Source: a virus. Taken from it: a DNA stretch of 64,000 nt. Below are positions 37,436-46,375 of this stretch, piece after piece. Every line of letters begins with the position of its first letter. Within the stretch, counting starts at the first letter, position 1. Where the stretch lies: IMG/VR virus record IMGVR_UViG_3300028831_000229, positions 32,001-96,000 of that record; one strand, 5' to 3'. The position numbers and the translations under genes are program-made. The notes under the pieces are model-generated. The model worked only from the letters and a program-made list of their open reading frames with translations. It did not search any database and had not been told where the DNA came from.

Positions 37436-37839
37436 AGACCATCATCGCTACGAGCACCCTCATCTTCTGCGCCATCGTCGGCCTCATGGCTGCGTGTGGC
37501 ACCTCTTCCTCGGGCAACGAGGTCGTCGGTCAGGTGAAGAAGGTCGTCAACAAGACGCCGTTCATCTGCCCGAACTACACCGAGGTCGATGTCTCCCTGG
37601 GCGTCGTGCGCAACGGCATCGGCTCGATGTCGCACGAAGACCTCGTGCTGGCGCTCGACAACAGCGCCAAGAACAGCATCGACAAGCTCAAGCGCGCGGC
37701 CGAGGATGGGTCGGTCGTCAAGCTGACCTACAACGTCGAGCGCGTGTCGCCGTGTTGGCCGGATCATCGTCTCGATCCGGCCATCGTCATCGAAGCCACG
37801 CCGTCACCGTCGCTCGTCACGCCGGAGCAGTCGAAGTGA
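37432..37839 (+). CDS. Putative lipoprotein
   Basis: Signal peptide with lipobox MAAC. Confidence 0.6.
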   Translation: MKTIIATSTLIFCAIVGLMAACGTSSSGNEVVGQVKKVVNKTPFICPNYTEVDVSLGVVRNGIGSMSHEDLVLALDNSAKNSIDKLKRAAEDGSVVKLTYNVERVSPCWPDHRLDPAIVIEATPSPSLVTPEQSK

Positions 37840-38048
37840 AGGGCTTCAAGAAGCAGCTGTTCGTGACCACGATGGACGCGGACGGCGACAAGATGTTCCT
37901 CGCGCACGAGGACGTGACCGACGCCGACGATGGCCAGCTTGTCGGCGTCTACGAGCTGGTCGACGTGCACCGCGTGTCGGTGAAGCGCGAGCTGAAGCCG
38001 GTGAAGGGCAAGAAGAACACCAAGGCCAAGAAGGGAAGCAAGCGATGA
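37836..38048 (+). CDS. Hypothetical protein
   Basis: GTGA/ATGA overlaps. Confidence 0.5.
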   Translation: MKGFKKQLFVTTMDADGDKMFLAHEDVTDADDGQLVGVYELVDVHRVSVKRELKPVKGKKNTKAKKGSKR

Positions 38049-38932
38049 TTCACGTCCACGCACCAGCGACGTACAAGACCAGCCGCGGCACGGTCTACCT
38101 GAAGGAGCCCGGTGTCGCGCTGCTCTCGAAGCCGGAGTTCGAGCCGACGGCTGTGCGGTCGTTCCTCGAAGGGTTCGAGGACACGTTCGACGCCGAGGAC
38201 TACGTCAACGATTTCTACCAGTCGCAGTGGACTAACACGCCACGCTACGCGAACCCGCTGACGATGGACGACGGCGCGTCGCTCGTGAAGTTCGCCGGCC
38301 AGCTCTGCTACATGAGCATGGGCGAGCAGCGCACGCGCAACGCCGATGGCCAGAAGTACCTCGACCACATCAAGGAGAGCGGTCACGGCTCGGTCCTCGA
38401 GCACGCGAACTACTCGTTCCTGTTCTGGGGCATCGACCGGTCGGTCACGCACGAGCTGGTGCGCCATCGCGCCGGCATGGCGTACTCGCAGGTCAGCCAG
38501 CGCTACGTCAGCGGCAAGACGCTCCGCTTCGTGGAACGCCCGGAGTACCAGAACGACACGATGCTCCATCTGCTGTTCGAGCAGCGCATCGACGCCGCGC
38601 GTGAGAACTACGACCGCGTCGCCGAGATGCTCCAGAACTCGATGCCGAACCTGAAGGGCATGGCGCGCACCGACGCACGCAAGGCGGTCAACCAGACCGC
38701 GCGATCCGGGTTGCCGAACGAGACCGAGGCGCCGATCGTGGTCACCGGCAACGCGCGCGCCTGGCGTCACGTCATCGAGATGCGTGCGTCGAAGTTCGCC
38801 GAGACCACAATCCGGAAGCTGTTCGGCACCGTATGCTCGATCCTGAAGGACGTGTCTCCGCTCATCTTCAGCGACTACGAGCCGGAGAGCGAAACGCTGC
38901 ACGCCGTGTCGACGCGTTTCCGTAAGGTCTGA
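38045..38932 (+). CDS. thyX: FAD-dependent thymidylate synthase
   Basis: GHGSVLEHA, RSVTHELVRHR, SQVSQRY, AR..LP, N.RAWRH. Confidence 0.95.
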   Translation: MIHVHAPATYKTSRGTVYLKEPGVALLSKPEFEPTAVRSFLEGFEDTFDAEDYVNDFYQSQWTNTPRYANPLTMDDGASLVKFAGQLCYMSMGEQRTRNADGQKYLDHIKESGHGSVLEHANYSFLFWGIDRSVTHELVRHRAGMAYSQVSQRYVSGKTLRFVERPEYQNDTMLHLLFEQRIDAARENYDRVAEMLQNSMPNLKGMARTDARKAVNQTARSGLPNETEAPIVVTGNARAWRHVIEMRASKFAETTIRKLFGTVCSILKDVSPLIFSDYEPESETLHAVSTRFRKV

Positions 38933-38939
38933 CCGTGGC

Positions 38940-39218
38940 GTGAGCGCACGCTATCGGAGCGTTTCCGTCCGAGTCCCGTACGGAAATCTGGTATCGTGCA
39001 GCGTGCCCGTCGTCGGCCCCGTGGAGACGCTCTCCGTCATCGTCGGCAAGCTGCAAGACGAGGTGGCGAAGCTGCGTGCTGAGCGCGATCTCTCGCGTGC
39101 GGAGGTGCTGCGCCTGCGTCGCTTGCTGGCTCGAGTCATGGGACAGCTCCGTCACAAGGACGCCATCGACCGCATCGCCGACGCTATTCGTCCTCACGAA
39201 GGCGACGGGGAAAGCTAG
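38940..39218 (+). CDS. Hypothetical coiled-coil protein
   Basis: Heptad pattern; start uncertain. Confidence 0.4.
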   Translation: MSARYRSVSVRVPYGNLVSCSVPVVGPVETLSVIVGKLQDEVAKLRAERDLSRAEVLRLRRLLARVMGQLRHKDAIDRIADAIRPHEGDGES

Positions 39219-39252
39219 CACGCAAAGCATGCTGGCATTCCTGGCGTGACCT

Positions 39253-39570
39253 GTGCTAGGGTCAGCACCGAGGATGAACGCCATGCTTTCCGCAGTCGTT
39301 CGAGCAACGCGCCGGCAGCGGCGACGTTTCGTGTCCTCTGGTAGACTCGCGGGCGTGCAGGTACCGCTACCAGAGGTCAACGACCTCTCGCGTCCAGAGG
39401 ACGCGAGCCAGCGGGCGATCTACCAGCTGCTCATCCGCGAGTGGTGGCCGCACCTGCTGCACGGTCCGACGCGCTACGCGTACAACGAGACGCACATCGT
39501 CTTCGGCTGCACGTGCGGCGCAAGCTTGACGGTCACGCACGAAGCGGCGCAGCAGCTCGGCTTGCTGTAG
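39253..39570 (+). CDS. Hypothetical protein
   Basis: H...H...CTCG; start uncertain. Confidence 0.4.
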   Translation: MLGSAPRMNAMLSAVVRATRRQRRRFVSSGRLAGVQVPLPEVNDLSRPEDASQRAIYQLLIREWWPHLLHGPTRYAYNETHIVFGCTCGASLTVTHEAAQQLGLL

Positions 39571-39579
39571 GCTCGTCGC

Positions 39580-40041
39580 ATGAGCCACTCGACGAACTAC
39601 GCGTTCCCACCGCTGAGCGTACGAGCGCAATGCATCCAGGTCGTGGACGGCTTCACGTTGCAGCTGCTCATCGACTGCGGCTTCGGCAACTACCACGTCG
39701 AGACCGTGCGTCTGCGTGACATCGAGCCGACGAGCGACGAGGACATCTGGCACCTGACCGAAGAGCGGGGACGTCAACGCGAACTTCAGCAGTGGCTACG
39801 CGACCTGCTCAAGCCGGTGATGGTCACCGACGCGGCGCTGCTCAACGACTGGCCGGTCCGCGTCGTCGTTCACAAGATCGATCCAAGCTCATCAGTGACG
39901 CGCTACCCGAAGCGCGTCCCGCAATGGGAGGTCGACGTCTACGTGCTCGACCCTGTCGAGCGTCCTCACCGTCCGCAACACGAGATCCACGTCAACGCAC
40001 AGCTCAAGGAGTTGGGGCTGGCGCAGGCGTTTCGTCGATGA
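39580..40041 (+). CDS. Thermonuclease (SNase)-like protein with a degenerate active site
   Basis: VVDGFTL...IDCGFG....VRLRDI ... VN..L.E.GLA. Confidence 0.65.
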   Translation: MSHSTNYAFPPLSVRAQCIQVVDGFTLQLLIDCGFGNYHVETVRLRDIEPTSDEDIWHLTEERGRQRELQQWLRDLLKPVMVTDAALLNDWPVRVVVHKIDPSSSVTRYPKRVPQWEVDVYVLDPVERPHRPQHEIHVNAQLKELGLAQAFRR

Positions 40042-40333
40042 CGAAGGTGATCGCCACGACCGTCTTCTGAGACGTGTGCATGCGCGACACACGTAGCGTG
40101 CCATGCTTGCCGAGCCAGTCCTTCGGGATGAGGTCGCGAAGGTACGTCCGGCAATCGTAGAGCGGTTGCTCGGTGCGCGTCGCCTTTGCGAGGAGATGCG
40201 CTTCGTCGCTCGGGTGGCGGTCGAAGACGAGCTGACCGTTTCCGCTGATGTAGCAGTGCCTGTTCTTGTGGTCCTGGATCATGGCGGTGGGTTCCTCGGT
40301 TTGGATGTCATTCTCGTGTGGTAGGGTCTGCAT
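40004..40333 (-). CDS. Hypothetical protein
   Basis: Isolated leftward ORF with plausible composition. Confidence 0.45.
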   Translation of the reverse strand: MQTLPHENDIQTEEPTAMIQDHKNRHCYISGNGQLVFDRHPSDEAHLLAKATRTEQPLYDCRTYLRDLIPKDWLGKHGTLRVSRMHTSQKTVVAITFVIDETPAPAPTP

Positions 40334-40428
40334 GGGTCCATGGTGCTACACGGCATGCATTTACTGCAAGCATTCACTTGCAAAGGCATCCGTGGTCGGG
40401 CACATTTGTTCTACAAAGGAGACCGACG

Positions 40429-41016
40429 ATGAAGAAGATCCTGCGTGTTCTGTTCCTGTTCATGGTGCTTTGCGTTTGCTTCGCGCACGTCGCGGTGGCG
40501 GATACCGCCACAGCGGGTACGAACACGATGACCGTGTTCGACGACCTGGCTCACATCGCTGCCTACACGCTCAGCATCCTGCTCATGGGCTTGCTGACGC
40601 TCGCGGCGAACAAGCTCCGCCAGAAGTGGCATCTCGACGTGCCGCAGGCGTGGCTCGACAAGGTGCACAGCTACATCGACCTCGGCATCGCGTACGCCGA
40701 GGAACAGGGGCGCAAGGCGGTCACCGGCACGTCGGTCGCCACCAACGACAAGCTCGATACGGCGTTCGGCTTCGTCCTGAAGTTCCTGGGCGACGACAAG
40801 CAGCTGGTCGCGCTCGGCGAGGAGAAGATCAAGCAGCTCATCGAGGCGCGCCTCAACCAGACCAGAGTCGACACGCAGCCGTTCCTTTCGTCGAGCGCCA
40901 CCGATGCGCCGGTCGTGCACTCGGTCGTCACCAGTCCCACGGGTGGCGCGCAGACCATCGTCATGAACGACGGCACCACGAAGCCGCTGACCACCAGCCA
41001 GGAGAAGCCCCAGTGA
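40429..41016 (+). CDS. Holin (LL-H-like)
   Basis: Two hydrophobic segments, then IAYAEEQ...KLDTA...IKQLIEARL; heads the lysis cassette. Confidence 0.7.
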   Translation: MKKILRVLFLFMVLCVCFAHVAVADTATAGTNTMTVFDDLAHIAAYTLSILLMGLLTLAANKLRQKWHLDVPQAWLDKVHSYIDLGIAYAEEQGRKAVTGTSVATNDKLDTAFGFVLKFLGDDKQLVALGEEKIKQLIEARLNQTRVDTQPFLSSSATDAPVVHSVVTSPTGGAQTIVMNDGTTKPLTTSQEKPQ

Positions 41017-41384
41017 AGAAGATCCTCAAGCTCCCCGTCCTCGTCGCGCTCTGCGCGCTGTTCGTCGCGTGCACGCACAGCGCGCGGCAGGACACCATCA
41101 CCTCGGCGTTCATCGCCACCAATGCCGCGCGCGACGCCTACGTGCAGTACGACGCCGCGCAGCAGGACAAGATCGTCAAGGAGGCGACGAGCCTCGATGA
41201 CGGCAAGGCGAAGCTCGCGGCGTACCGCGAGAAGCGCACGAAGTACCTGGCGCTGTTCCCGGTCGTCTACACCAGCATCAAGGTGGCGTCCGACGCGAAC
41301 GACGACCTGTCCATCAAGAACATGCAGACCTCGCTCAAGCAGCTGCTCGACGCTGTTCTACCGCTACTCGGAGGTGCGCTGTGA
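41013..41384 (+). CDS. Lipoprotein in the lysis cassette (spanin-like candidate)
   Basis: Lipobox FVAC; helical body; lies between holin and endolysin. Confidence 0.6.
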   Translation: MKKILKLPVLVALCALFVACTHSARQDTITSAFIATNAARDAYVQYDAAQQDKIVKEATSLDDGKAKLAAYREKRTKYLALFPVVYTSIKVASDANDDLSIKNMQTSLKQLLDAVLPLLGGAL

Positions 41385-41671
41385 GCAACGCTCTCGACAT
41401 CCTGAAGAAGGGCATCGGCTACGCCGAGCCCGTCATCCACGCGTTCCAGCTCGTCCAGAGCCTCACCGGCGTCGGCGGCACGGAGGCCGCGACCGCGCTG
41501 AAGGCCATCGACGCGATCGTGAACGCGGTCAACGACGGCATCACCAACGGCGCTAACCCGAAGGACATCATCGCCGAGCTGGACAAGCTCGCCGCCGGTG
41601 TCACGGCGAACGACGCCAAGGCGGACGCCGACCTCGCGTCGAGGTTCCCGACCGGAGGCCAGACCCCGTGA
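41381..41671 (+). CDS. Hypothetical amphipathic helical protein (lysis accessory?)
   Basis: GTGA overlaps on both sides. Confidence 0.6.
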   Translation: MSNALDILKKGIGYAEPVIHAFQLVQSLTGVGGTEAATALKAIDAIVNAVNDGITNGANPKDIIAELDKLAAGVTANDAKADADLASRFPTGGQTP

Positions 41672-42492
41672 TCGTCGGCGTCGACTACGCGAGCGTGGAC
41701 GCGAACAACAAGCCGGACTTCGCGGCGGCGAAGAAGTTCGGCGTGCAGTTCGTCATCTTGCGCGGCACGTACGGCACCTGGCTCGATCCGGTCGTACATC
41801 GCGACTGGCAAGCCATCAAGGACGCCGGTCTCGTGCGCGGCGCGTACATGTTCCCCGTGTACTCGGGGAATCCCATCACCGAGGCGACAGCGTTCATCAA
41901 CGCTGTCGGTCCGCTCGGTCCTGGCGACCTGCCTCCGACGCTCGACATCGAGTTCCCGGGCCACGGGCTCGTGGACACCGGGAAGACGCCGGCACAGGCG
42001 CTCGCGTGGCTCGAAGCCGCAGCTCAGGTTCTGCTCGACCACTACGGCACGCTCTTGAACTACACGAGCGGTCGCGTGTGGCACGAGGATCTTCGCGACA
42101 TCGCGTCGAAGCTGTTCGCGTCGACGCACAACTGGCTGGCGCGCTACACGTACGGCGAGCACCAGGCTCCTCATCTCGGTGAGAGCCTGGTGCCCGGTGT
42201 CGTGCCGCCGCAGCTCGGTGACAAGGACGACTACTGGATCCACCAGTGCCAAGGCGACGCCTGGTACGTGCCTGGCTTCCGGCAGGTCGACCTCAACCTC
42301 TTCCGCATGCTCGGTCAGGGTGCGAAGGGCGAGCGCGTGCGCTTCGTCCAGAGCGTGACCGGCGAGCGGATCGATGGTGACTTCGGAGCCAAGACGGCGG
42401 CGTCCGTCATCGCGTACCAGCAGCGCAAAGGACTGGTGGCCGACGGCATCGTCGGTCTGAACACGTTCTGCCAGATGGTGTGGGAACACTAA
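41668..42492 (+). CDS. Endolysin: GH25 muramidase + C-terminal peptidoglycan-binding domain
   Basis: GVDYA, RGAY.F, PPTLDIE, WLARY, VDLN.F; then IDGDFG.KT...YQ..KGL.ADGIVG. Confidence 0.9.
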   Translation: MIVGVDYASVDANNKPDFAAAKKFGVQFVILRGTYGTWLDPVVHRDWQAIKDAGLVRGAYMFPVYSGNPITEATAFINAVGPLGPGDLPPTLDIEFPGHGLVDTGKTPAQALAWLEAAAQVLLDHYGTLLNYTSGRVWHEDLRDIASKLFASTHNWLARYTYGEHQAPHLGESLVPGVVPPQLGDKDDYWIHQCQGDAWYVPGFRQVDLNLFRMLGQGAKGERVRFVQSVTGERIDGDFGAKTAASVIAYQQRKGLVADGIVGLNTFCQMVWEH

Positions 42493-42512
42493 CCCACGAA
42501 GGAGAAGAGACG

Positions 42513-43094
42513 ATGAGCAAGCAGACCGATCGCCTGTGCAGCAAGATCAACCGCCTCACGGATCGCGCCGAGCGCCTCCTACGGCGCTACCAGAACAAGA
42601 TGACGGACCTCGGCTCGAAGGAGTGGAAGAGCACCGACAACGCTCGCCGCATTTTCGACGCAGCGAACCGTGCGACGAACCGCAACTACCGCGCGGCGCC
42701 CACGAAGCGCGAGGTCGAAGTCCTGCTGAAGAAGTGGGGAACCATCGACCTCGGCACAGTGTACGCCATCACCAAGGTGCTCAAGCTGCCGGACCACGAC
42801 AAGCTGCTGACCGAGGTGGCGGCGCTCGACGAGAATACCGGCAAGATGGGGCTGCTGCACATGCTCCACGACTCCGTGTGCGCCGACGTCGAGAACGACC
42901 GCAAGCGCCGCACCGCGGAGGCGAAGAAGGCGAAGCGCGAGCGCGACAAGCAGCGGCGTGCGAACGCCAGCAACGCCAAGGCGAAGGTGCTCGCCGAGAC
43001 CGTGACGGAGGAGCAGTACGAGGACAACGAGTCGGACCCCGGCATCGAGGAAGATGCCGTCGATCCCAACGACGAAGACGCCATCGAAGAGTAG
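42513..43094 (+). CDS. Hypothetical protein
   Basis: aaggagaaga RBS. Confidence 0.65.
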   Translation: MSKQTDRLCSKINRLTDRAERLLRRYQNKMTDLGSKEWKSTDNARRIFDAANRATNRNYRAAPTKREVEVLLKKWGTIDLGTVYAITKVLKLPDHDKLLTEVAALDENTGKMGLLHMLHDSVCADVENDRKRRTAEAKKAKRERDKQRRANASNAKAKVLAETVTEEQYEDNESDPGIEEDAVDPNDEDAIEE

Positions 43095-43104
43095 GAGAAC
43101 GCAG

Positions 43105-43374
43105 ATGAAAAACACGCATGGTCCGACGCAGGACAGGATCGTTGACTGGCTTCGCCAGAACGGGCAGCAGTACCAGCTCACCACCGAAGAGCTGGCTACG
43201 ATCCTCGGCATCGACAAGAACAAGGTGAAGCACGCCGTCGCGCGGCTCTTCGCCTCCGGTGTCGTGCTGCGATCGCAAGGTCGGCCGGCGAAGTGGTCGA
43301 TCGCTCCGCAGGTGGTTCAGACGCCACCACAGGGGCACACGGCATCGCTCCACGGAACGATGCCTCGGGCGTAA
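43105..43374 (+). CDS. Winged-helix protein (Zalpha-like pattern)
   Basis: RIVDWLRQNG...TTEELATILGIDK..V..AV.RL..SG.V....GRPAKWSI. Confidence 0.7.
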   Translation: MKNTHGPTQDRIVDWLRQNGQQYQLTTEELATILGIDKNKVKHAVARLFASGVVLRSQGRPAKWSIAPQVVQTPPQGHTASLHGTMPRA

Positions 43375-43376
43375 CA

Positions 43377-43617
43377 ACGGTCGCTGAGGTAGAGGCGTGA
43401 TGTCCACCCAATCACAGCCTCCCTCAGCGGCTCGCTGCTGGCAGACCAGCGAGACGCGCAGACGTCTGCCTCCTTCGGGATCTCTGTTGTCGCCTCCACG
43501 TTCAAGCACAGCGTCGATGTGGCGCAACGTGGAGTCGAGAGTGGAGATCCTTCTTAGCAAGGGTATAGATCACTTACAGCGTCCTATAGGAGGAAGGCGA
43601 AAACGTGCGTTTGCCGT
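43377..43617. ncRNA. Candidate structured RNA (family unknown)
   Basis: Intergenic, with at least seven complementary helix pairs visible by eye (see findings). Confidence 0.45.
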
Positions 43618-43630
43618 CGAGTCTTCGTGC

Positions 43631-43659
43631 TTGACACCGCCATTGGATGCTGGCATGCT
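43631..43659 (+). promoter_or_regulatory. sigma70-like promoter overlapping an ATGCTGGC tandem repeat
   Basis: TTGACA-17 nt-CATGCT with TG just upstream of the -10. Confidence 0.45.
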
Positions 43660-43943
43660 GGCAGTCTTCTACGATGCCGCCTGCACGCGCTACACGAGCC
43701 GCGAAGCTCTTCGCGTTGATGGAGCGCTACGAGTCGTGGATCGGCATGAAGCACCACCTGCTCACGGTGGAGCGCCTGGTGCCGAACCGACTCGTGCCGC
43801 AATTCTGGTGCCGGTGCACGTGCGGGCGCAGGATCGTGGCGACCGCGAACGAGCTGGCGTTCGAGCGTGTCAAGTCGTGCGGCAGCTGCCAGTACAGGCG
43901 GCGCCGCGTCTCGCGCGTGATGCGCCGCGCTGGCAAGCGCTAG
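43647..43943 (+). CDS. Stand-alone Zn-binding domain of the type found at the N-terminus of HNH/AP2 homing endonucleases
   Basis: LTV...WCRCTCG......L....KSCGSC; no nuclease domain; start uncertain. Confidence 0.6.
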   Translation: MLACWQSSTMPPARATRAAKLFALMERYESWIGMKHHLLTVERLVPNRLVPQFWCRCTCGRRIVATANELAFERVKSCGSCQYRRRRVSRVMRRAGKR

Positions 43944-44081
43944 GAAGCGCTGGGCTCGCGCAGGCGAGCGTTTTCCGGTTCGGACCGGCCTCCGGCCGGC
44001 CTCCAGCCGCGCAATCGCGCAGCTGGCAATTCTGCTGGCACTCGGGTACGATGCCAGCACTACCAGCAGTAGAGGAGTCAC

Positions 44082-44753
44082 ATGTTCATCGTCCAGCAAC
44101 AGGATACAGGCAGCACACGCGGTCTCTACGTGGTGTTCGAGGGACCGGACGGCAGCGGGAAGTCGACGCTCTCACAGCTCTTCACCGACAAGCTCCTGGA
44201 GATCGGAGGCAGCGGCGCCGCGTTCCTCCAGACGTTTCCGTCCAAGGACGGTCCTGTCGGGCAGCTCATCCGCCGGTCGTTCACGCGCGAGGTCGAGCTG
44301 AGCGAGGAGACGCTCGGCTACCTGATGATTGCCGATGGTCACGATCGCTGTGATGGGCTGTACAAGCGGCTCGAGACCGGCATCACGGTCGTGTGTGATC
44401 GTCACCCGCTGGTCAGCGCCTGGGCGTACCAGACCGAGGTGTTCACGATGGACGAGCTGGTGGCGATTCAGCAACGCCAGCGCTTCGTCGAACCGGACGT
44501 CGTGTTCATCCTCGACGTGCCGCCGGAGGTTGCGGTCGAGCGCATCAAGGCGCGCCACGGGCTGGCCAACCTCGTCTTCGAGAAGGACGATGACGGCTAC
44601 CGCAACCGGCTCCGTCATCGGTACAGTGGCTACGCCGCGTTGAACGACCACAGCGTGGTGCTGGACGGCACGCGCCCGCTCGACGAGCTGCTCGAGGCGT
44701 GCATGAGCCTGGTGCGCGAGCACTTCACGGAGAAGAAGGAGCTGGCATCGTGA
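44082..44753 (+). CDS. tmk: Thymidylate kinase
   Basis: VFEGPDGSGKST, VVCDR..S..AYQ, PDVVFILDVPPEVAVERI. Confidence 0.92.
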   Translation: MFIVQQQDTGSTRGLYVVFEGPDGSGKSTLSQLFTDKLLEIGGSGAAFLQTFPSKDGPVGQLIRRSFTREVELSEETLGYLMIADGHDRCDGLYKRLETGITVVCDRHPLVSAWAYQTEVFTMDELVAIQQRQRFVEPDVVFILDVPPEVAVERIKARHGLANLVFEKDDDGYRNRLRHRYSGYAALNDHSVVLDGTRPLDELLEACMSLVREHFTEKKELAS

Positions 44754-44883
44754 CGTCGCTCGATTGGTTTGTCTGTGACCTGCTGGTGGAAGCCGTGCAC
44801 CAACAGTATTCACGCCTTCATGCGGTCGGCGGCACCGCTTTCATCTGTGAACGCAACGTGCACGCACGTTGGCGGAGCGTACC

Positions 44884-45492
44884 GTGAGCATCCTCAGCTA
44901 CCACGACATCTACAACGCGAAGCTGGCCGGTGACATCGTCATCGACCCGTACGACCCGCAGTGCCTCGGCACCAACAGCTACGACGTGCACCTCGCGTCC
45001 ACGCTGCTCACCTACAAGAAGAAGATCGACGAGCGATCGTTCGCGCCGCTGCCGCTCGATTGCAAGGAGGAGCGCGAGACGGTCGAAGCCGTCATCCCGG
45101 CAGACGGTCTCGTGCTCCAGCCTGGCAAGCTGTACCTCGCGTCGACCGTCGAGTACACCGAGACGCACAAGCACGTGCCGTTCCTCGAAGGCAAGTCGTC
45201 GCTCGGTCGGCTCGGTCTGAACATCCACATCACCGCCGGCAAGGGCGACGTCGGCTTCTGCGGTCACTGGACGATGGAGCTGTCGGTCGTCGAGCCGCTT
45301 CGCATCTACGCCGGCATGCCGATCGGCGTCCTCATCTACTACACGGTCTCGTCTCAGCCGATCGTCGACTACGCGGCGAAGCCGAGTCAGAAGTACGCCG
45401 CGCAGCACACGCGCAGCGACAACCCCAAGCCCGTCGCGTCCCGCATGTGGAAGAACTTCCCCGACGGTCGACCGCTCACGCGGAAGGAGTAA
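44884..45492 (+). CDS. dcd: dCTP deaminase
   Basis: ILS, NSYDVHL, L.PG..YLA.T.E, LEGKSSLGRLGL, AG.GD.GF.G.WTME. Confidence 0.92.
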   Translation: MSILSYHDIYNAKLAGDIVIDPYDPQCLGTNSYDVHLASTLLTYKKKIDERSFAPLPLDCKEERETVEAVIPADGLVLQPGKLYLASTVEYTETHKHVPFLEGKSSLGRLGLNIHITAGKGDVGFCGHWTMELSVVEPLRIYAGMPIGVLIYYTVSSQPIVDYAAKPSQKYAAQHTRSDNPKPVASRMWKNFPDGRPLTRKE

Positions 45493-45497
45493 CCGTC

Positions 45498-45788
45498 ATG
45501 GGCACCATGCCTGGCTACAAGCAAGTCACGTTGTACATCGATCCTCTGGTCTATGAGCAGGCTGCGCACGTAGCCAAGATGGTCGGCGAACCCGGCTACA
45601 CCTTCATCAACAAAGCCATCGCCGATGCCATCAAGGCACGGACAACGCCCGAGCAACGCAAGGCGATCGAAATCCTCACGAGCAGTGGAGGCAAGAAGAA
45701 TGAGCGACGAGAAGACGCAGGAACCGACGACAGCGGAGGTGCAGGCAAGAAGCGTAAGGATTCGCGGAAAGGTCGTGCATCTCGGTGA
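45498..45788 (+). CDS. RHH-like hypothetical protein
   Basis: KQVTLYIDP.VYE......FINKAI; aaggag RBS. Confidence 0.5.
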   Translation: MGTMPGYKQVTLYIDPLVYEQAAHVAKMVGEPGYTFINKAIADAIKARTTPEQRKAIEILTSSGGKKNERREDAGTDDSGGAGKKRKDSRKGRASR

Positions 45789-46083
45789 GCCGTTGTTCCA
45801 CACCAAGATGCTGATGCCAGACAGCTCCGTCCAGGAGATCCCGGTCACCGACCGCTACGGCTTGCCGTGCGACCCGAAGTTCTACGCGAAGCCGTCGTGC
45901 AAGCGCTGTAACGGGCGCGGCGTCGTCAGCATCACGAACCTCACCACCATCTCGAACGGTGTCCGCCACACGCGCCCGGGTCCGAACCTGGTCCGCTGCG
46001 GCTGCGTCGATCGCGAGTACGAACGGACCGAGCGCGCGCTGCTTGCCGCCTACCCGGACCTCGCCACCACCAAAGTCAAGTAG
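45700..46083 (+). CDS. Zn-finger protein (CxxCxGxG)
   Basis: CKRCNGRG...CGC. Confidence 0.55.
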   Translation: MSDEKTQEPTTAEVQARSVRIRGKVVHLGEPLFHTKMLMPDSSVQEIPVTDRYGLPCDPKFYAKPSCKRCNGRGVVSITNLTTISNGVRHTRPGPNLVRCGCVDREYERTERALLAAYPDLATTKVK

Positions 46084-46174
46084 ATGGTGTTGATCTCGGC
46101 GCCGACTTGGGTATGCTTGGGTGGCACGTCCGCCAGGCAGCTGCCGAGCGGCGACCTCAAGGAGAAAACAGACC

Positions 46175-46348
46175 ATGGCGAAGAAGTCCCCGCTCGACGC
46201 GCTCACCGGTGGTGGCGCGAGCAAGAAGAAGGCAAAGGCGAAGGCCGGCAAGAAGACCGACGCCAAGAAGGCGAAGGCCAAGACCAAGAAGGCCGGCAAG
46301 AAGTCCGCCGGCAAGAAGGCCGCGAAGAAGAGCGGCGGCGGGCGGTAG
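46175..46348 (+). CDS. Small histone-H1-like K/A-rich basic protein
   Basis: 57 aa, mostly K/A/G; aaggag RBS; followed by a terminator. Confidence 0.75.
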   Translation: MAKKSPLDALTGGGASKKKAKAKAGKKTDAKKAKAKTKKAGKKSAGKKAAKKSGGGR

Positions 46349-46375
46349 CTCGCAGCCAGCGCTCTGCGGCGTCAC

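Noticed and set aside
43377-43617. tRNA, tmRNA or hammerhead ribozyme
   Set aside because: No TTCGA T-loop/CCA cloverleaf and no CTGANGA core found on either strand by eye.
43647-43943. Active homing endonuclease or mobile intron
   Set aside because: Only the Zn-binding N-terminal-type domain is present; no HNH/AP2 domain and no interrupted gene.
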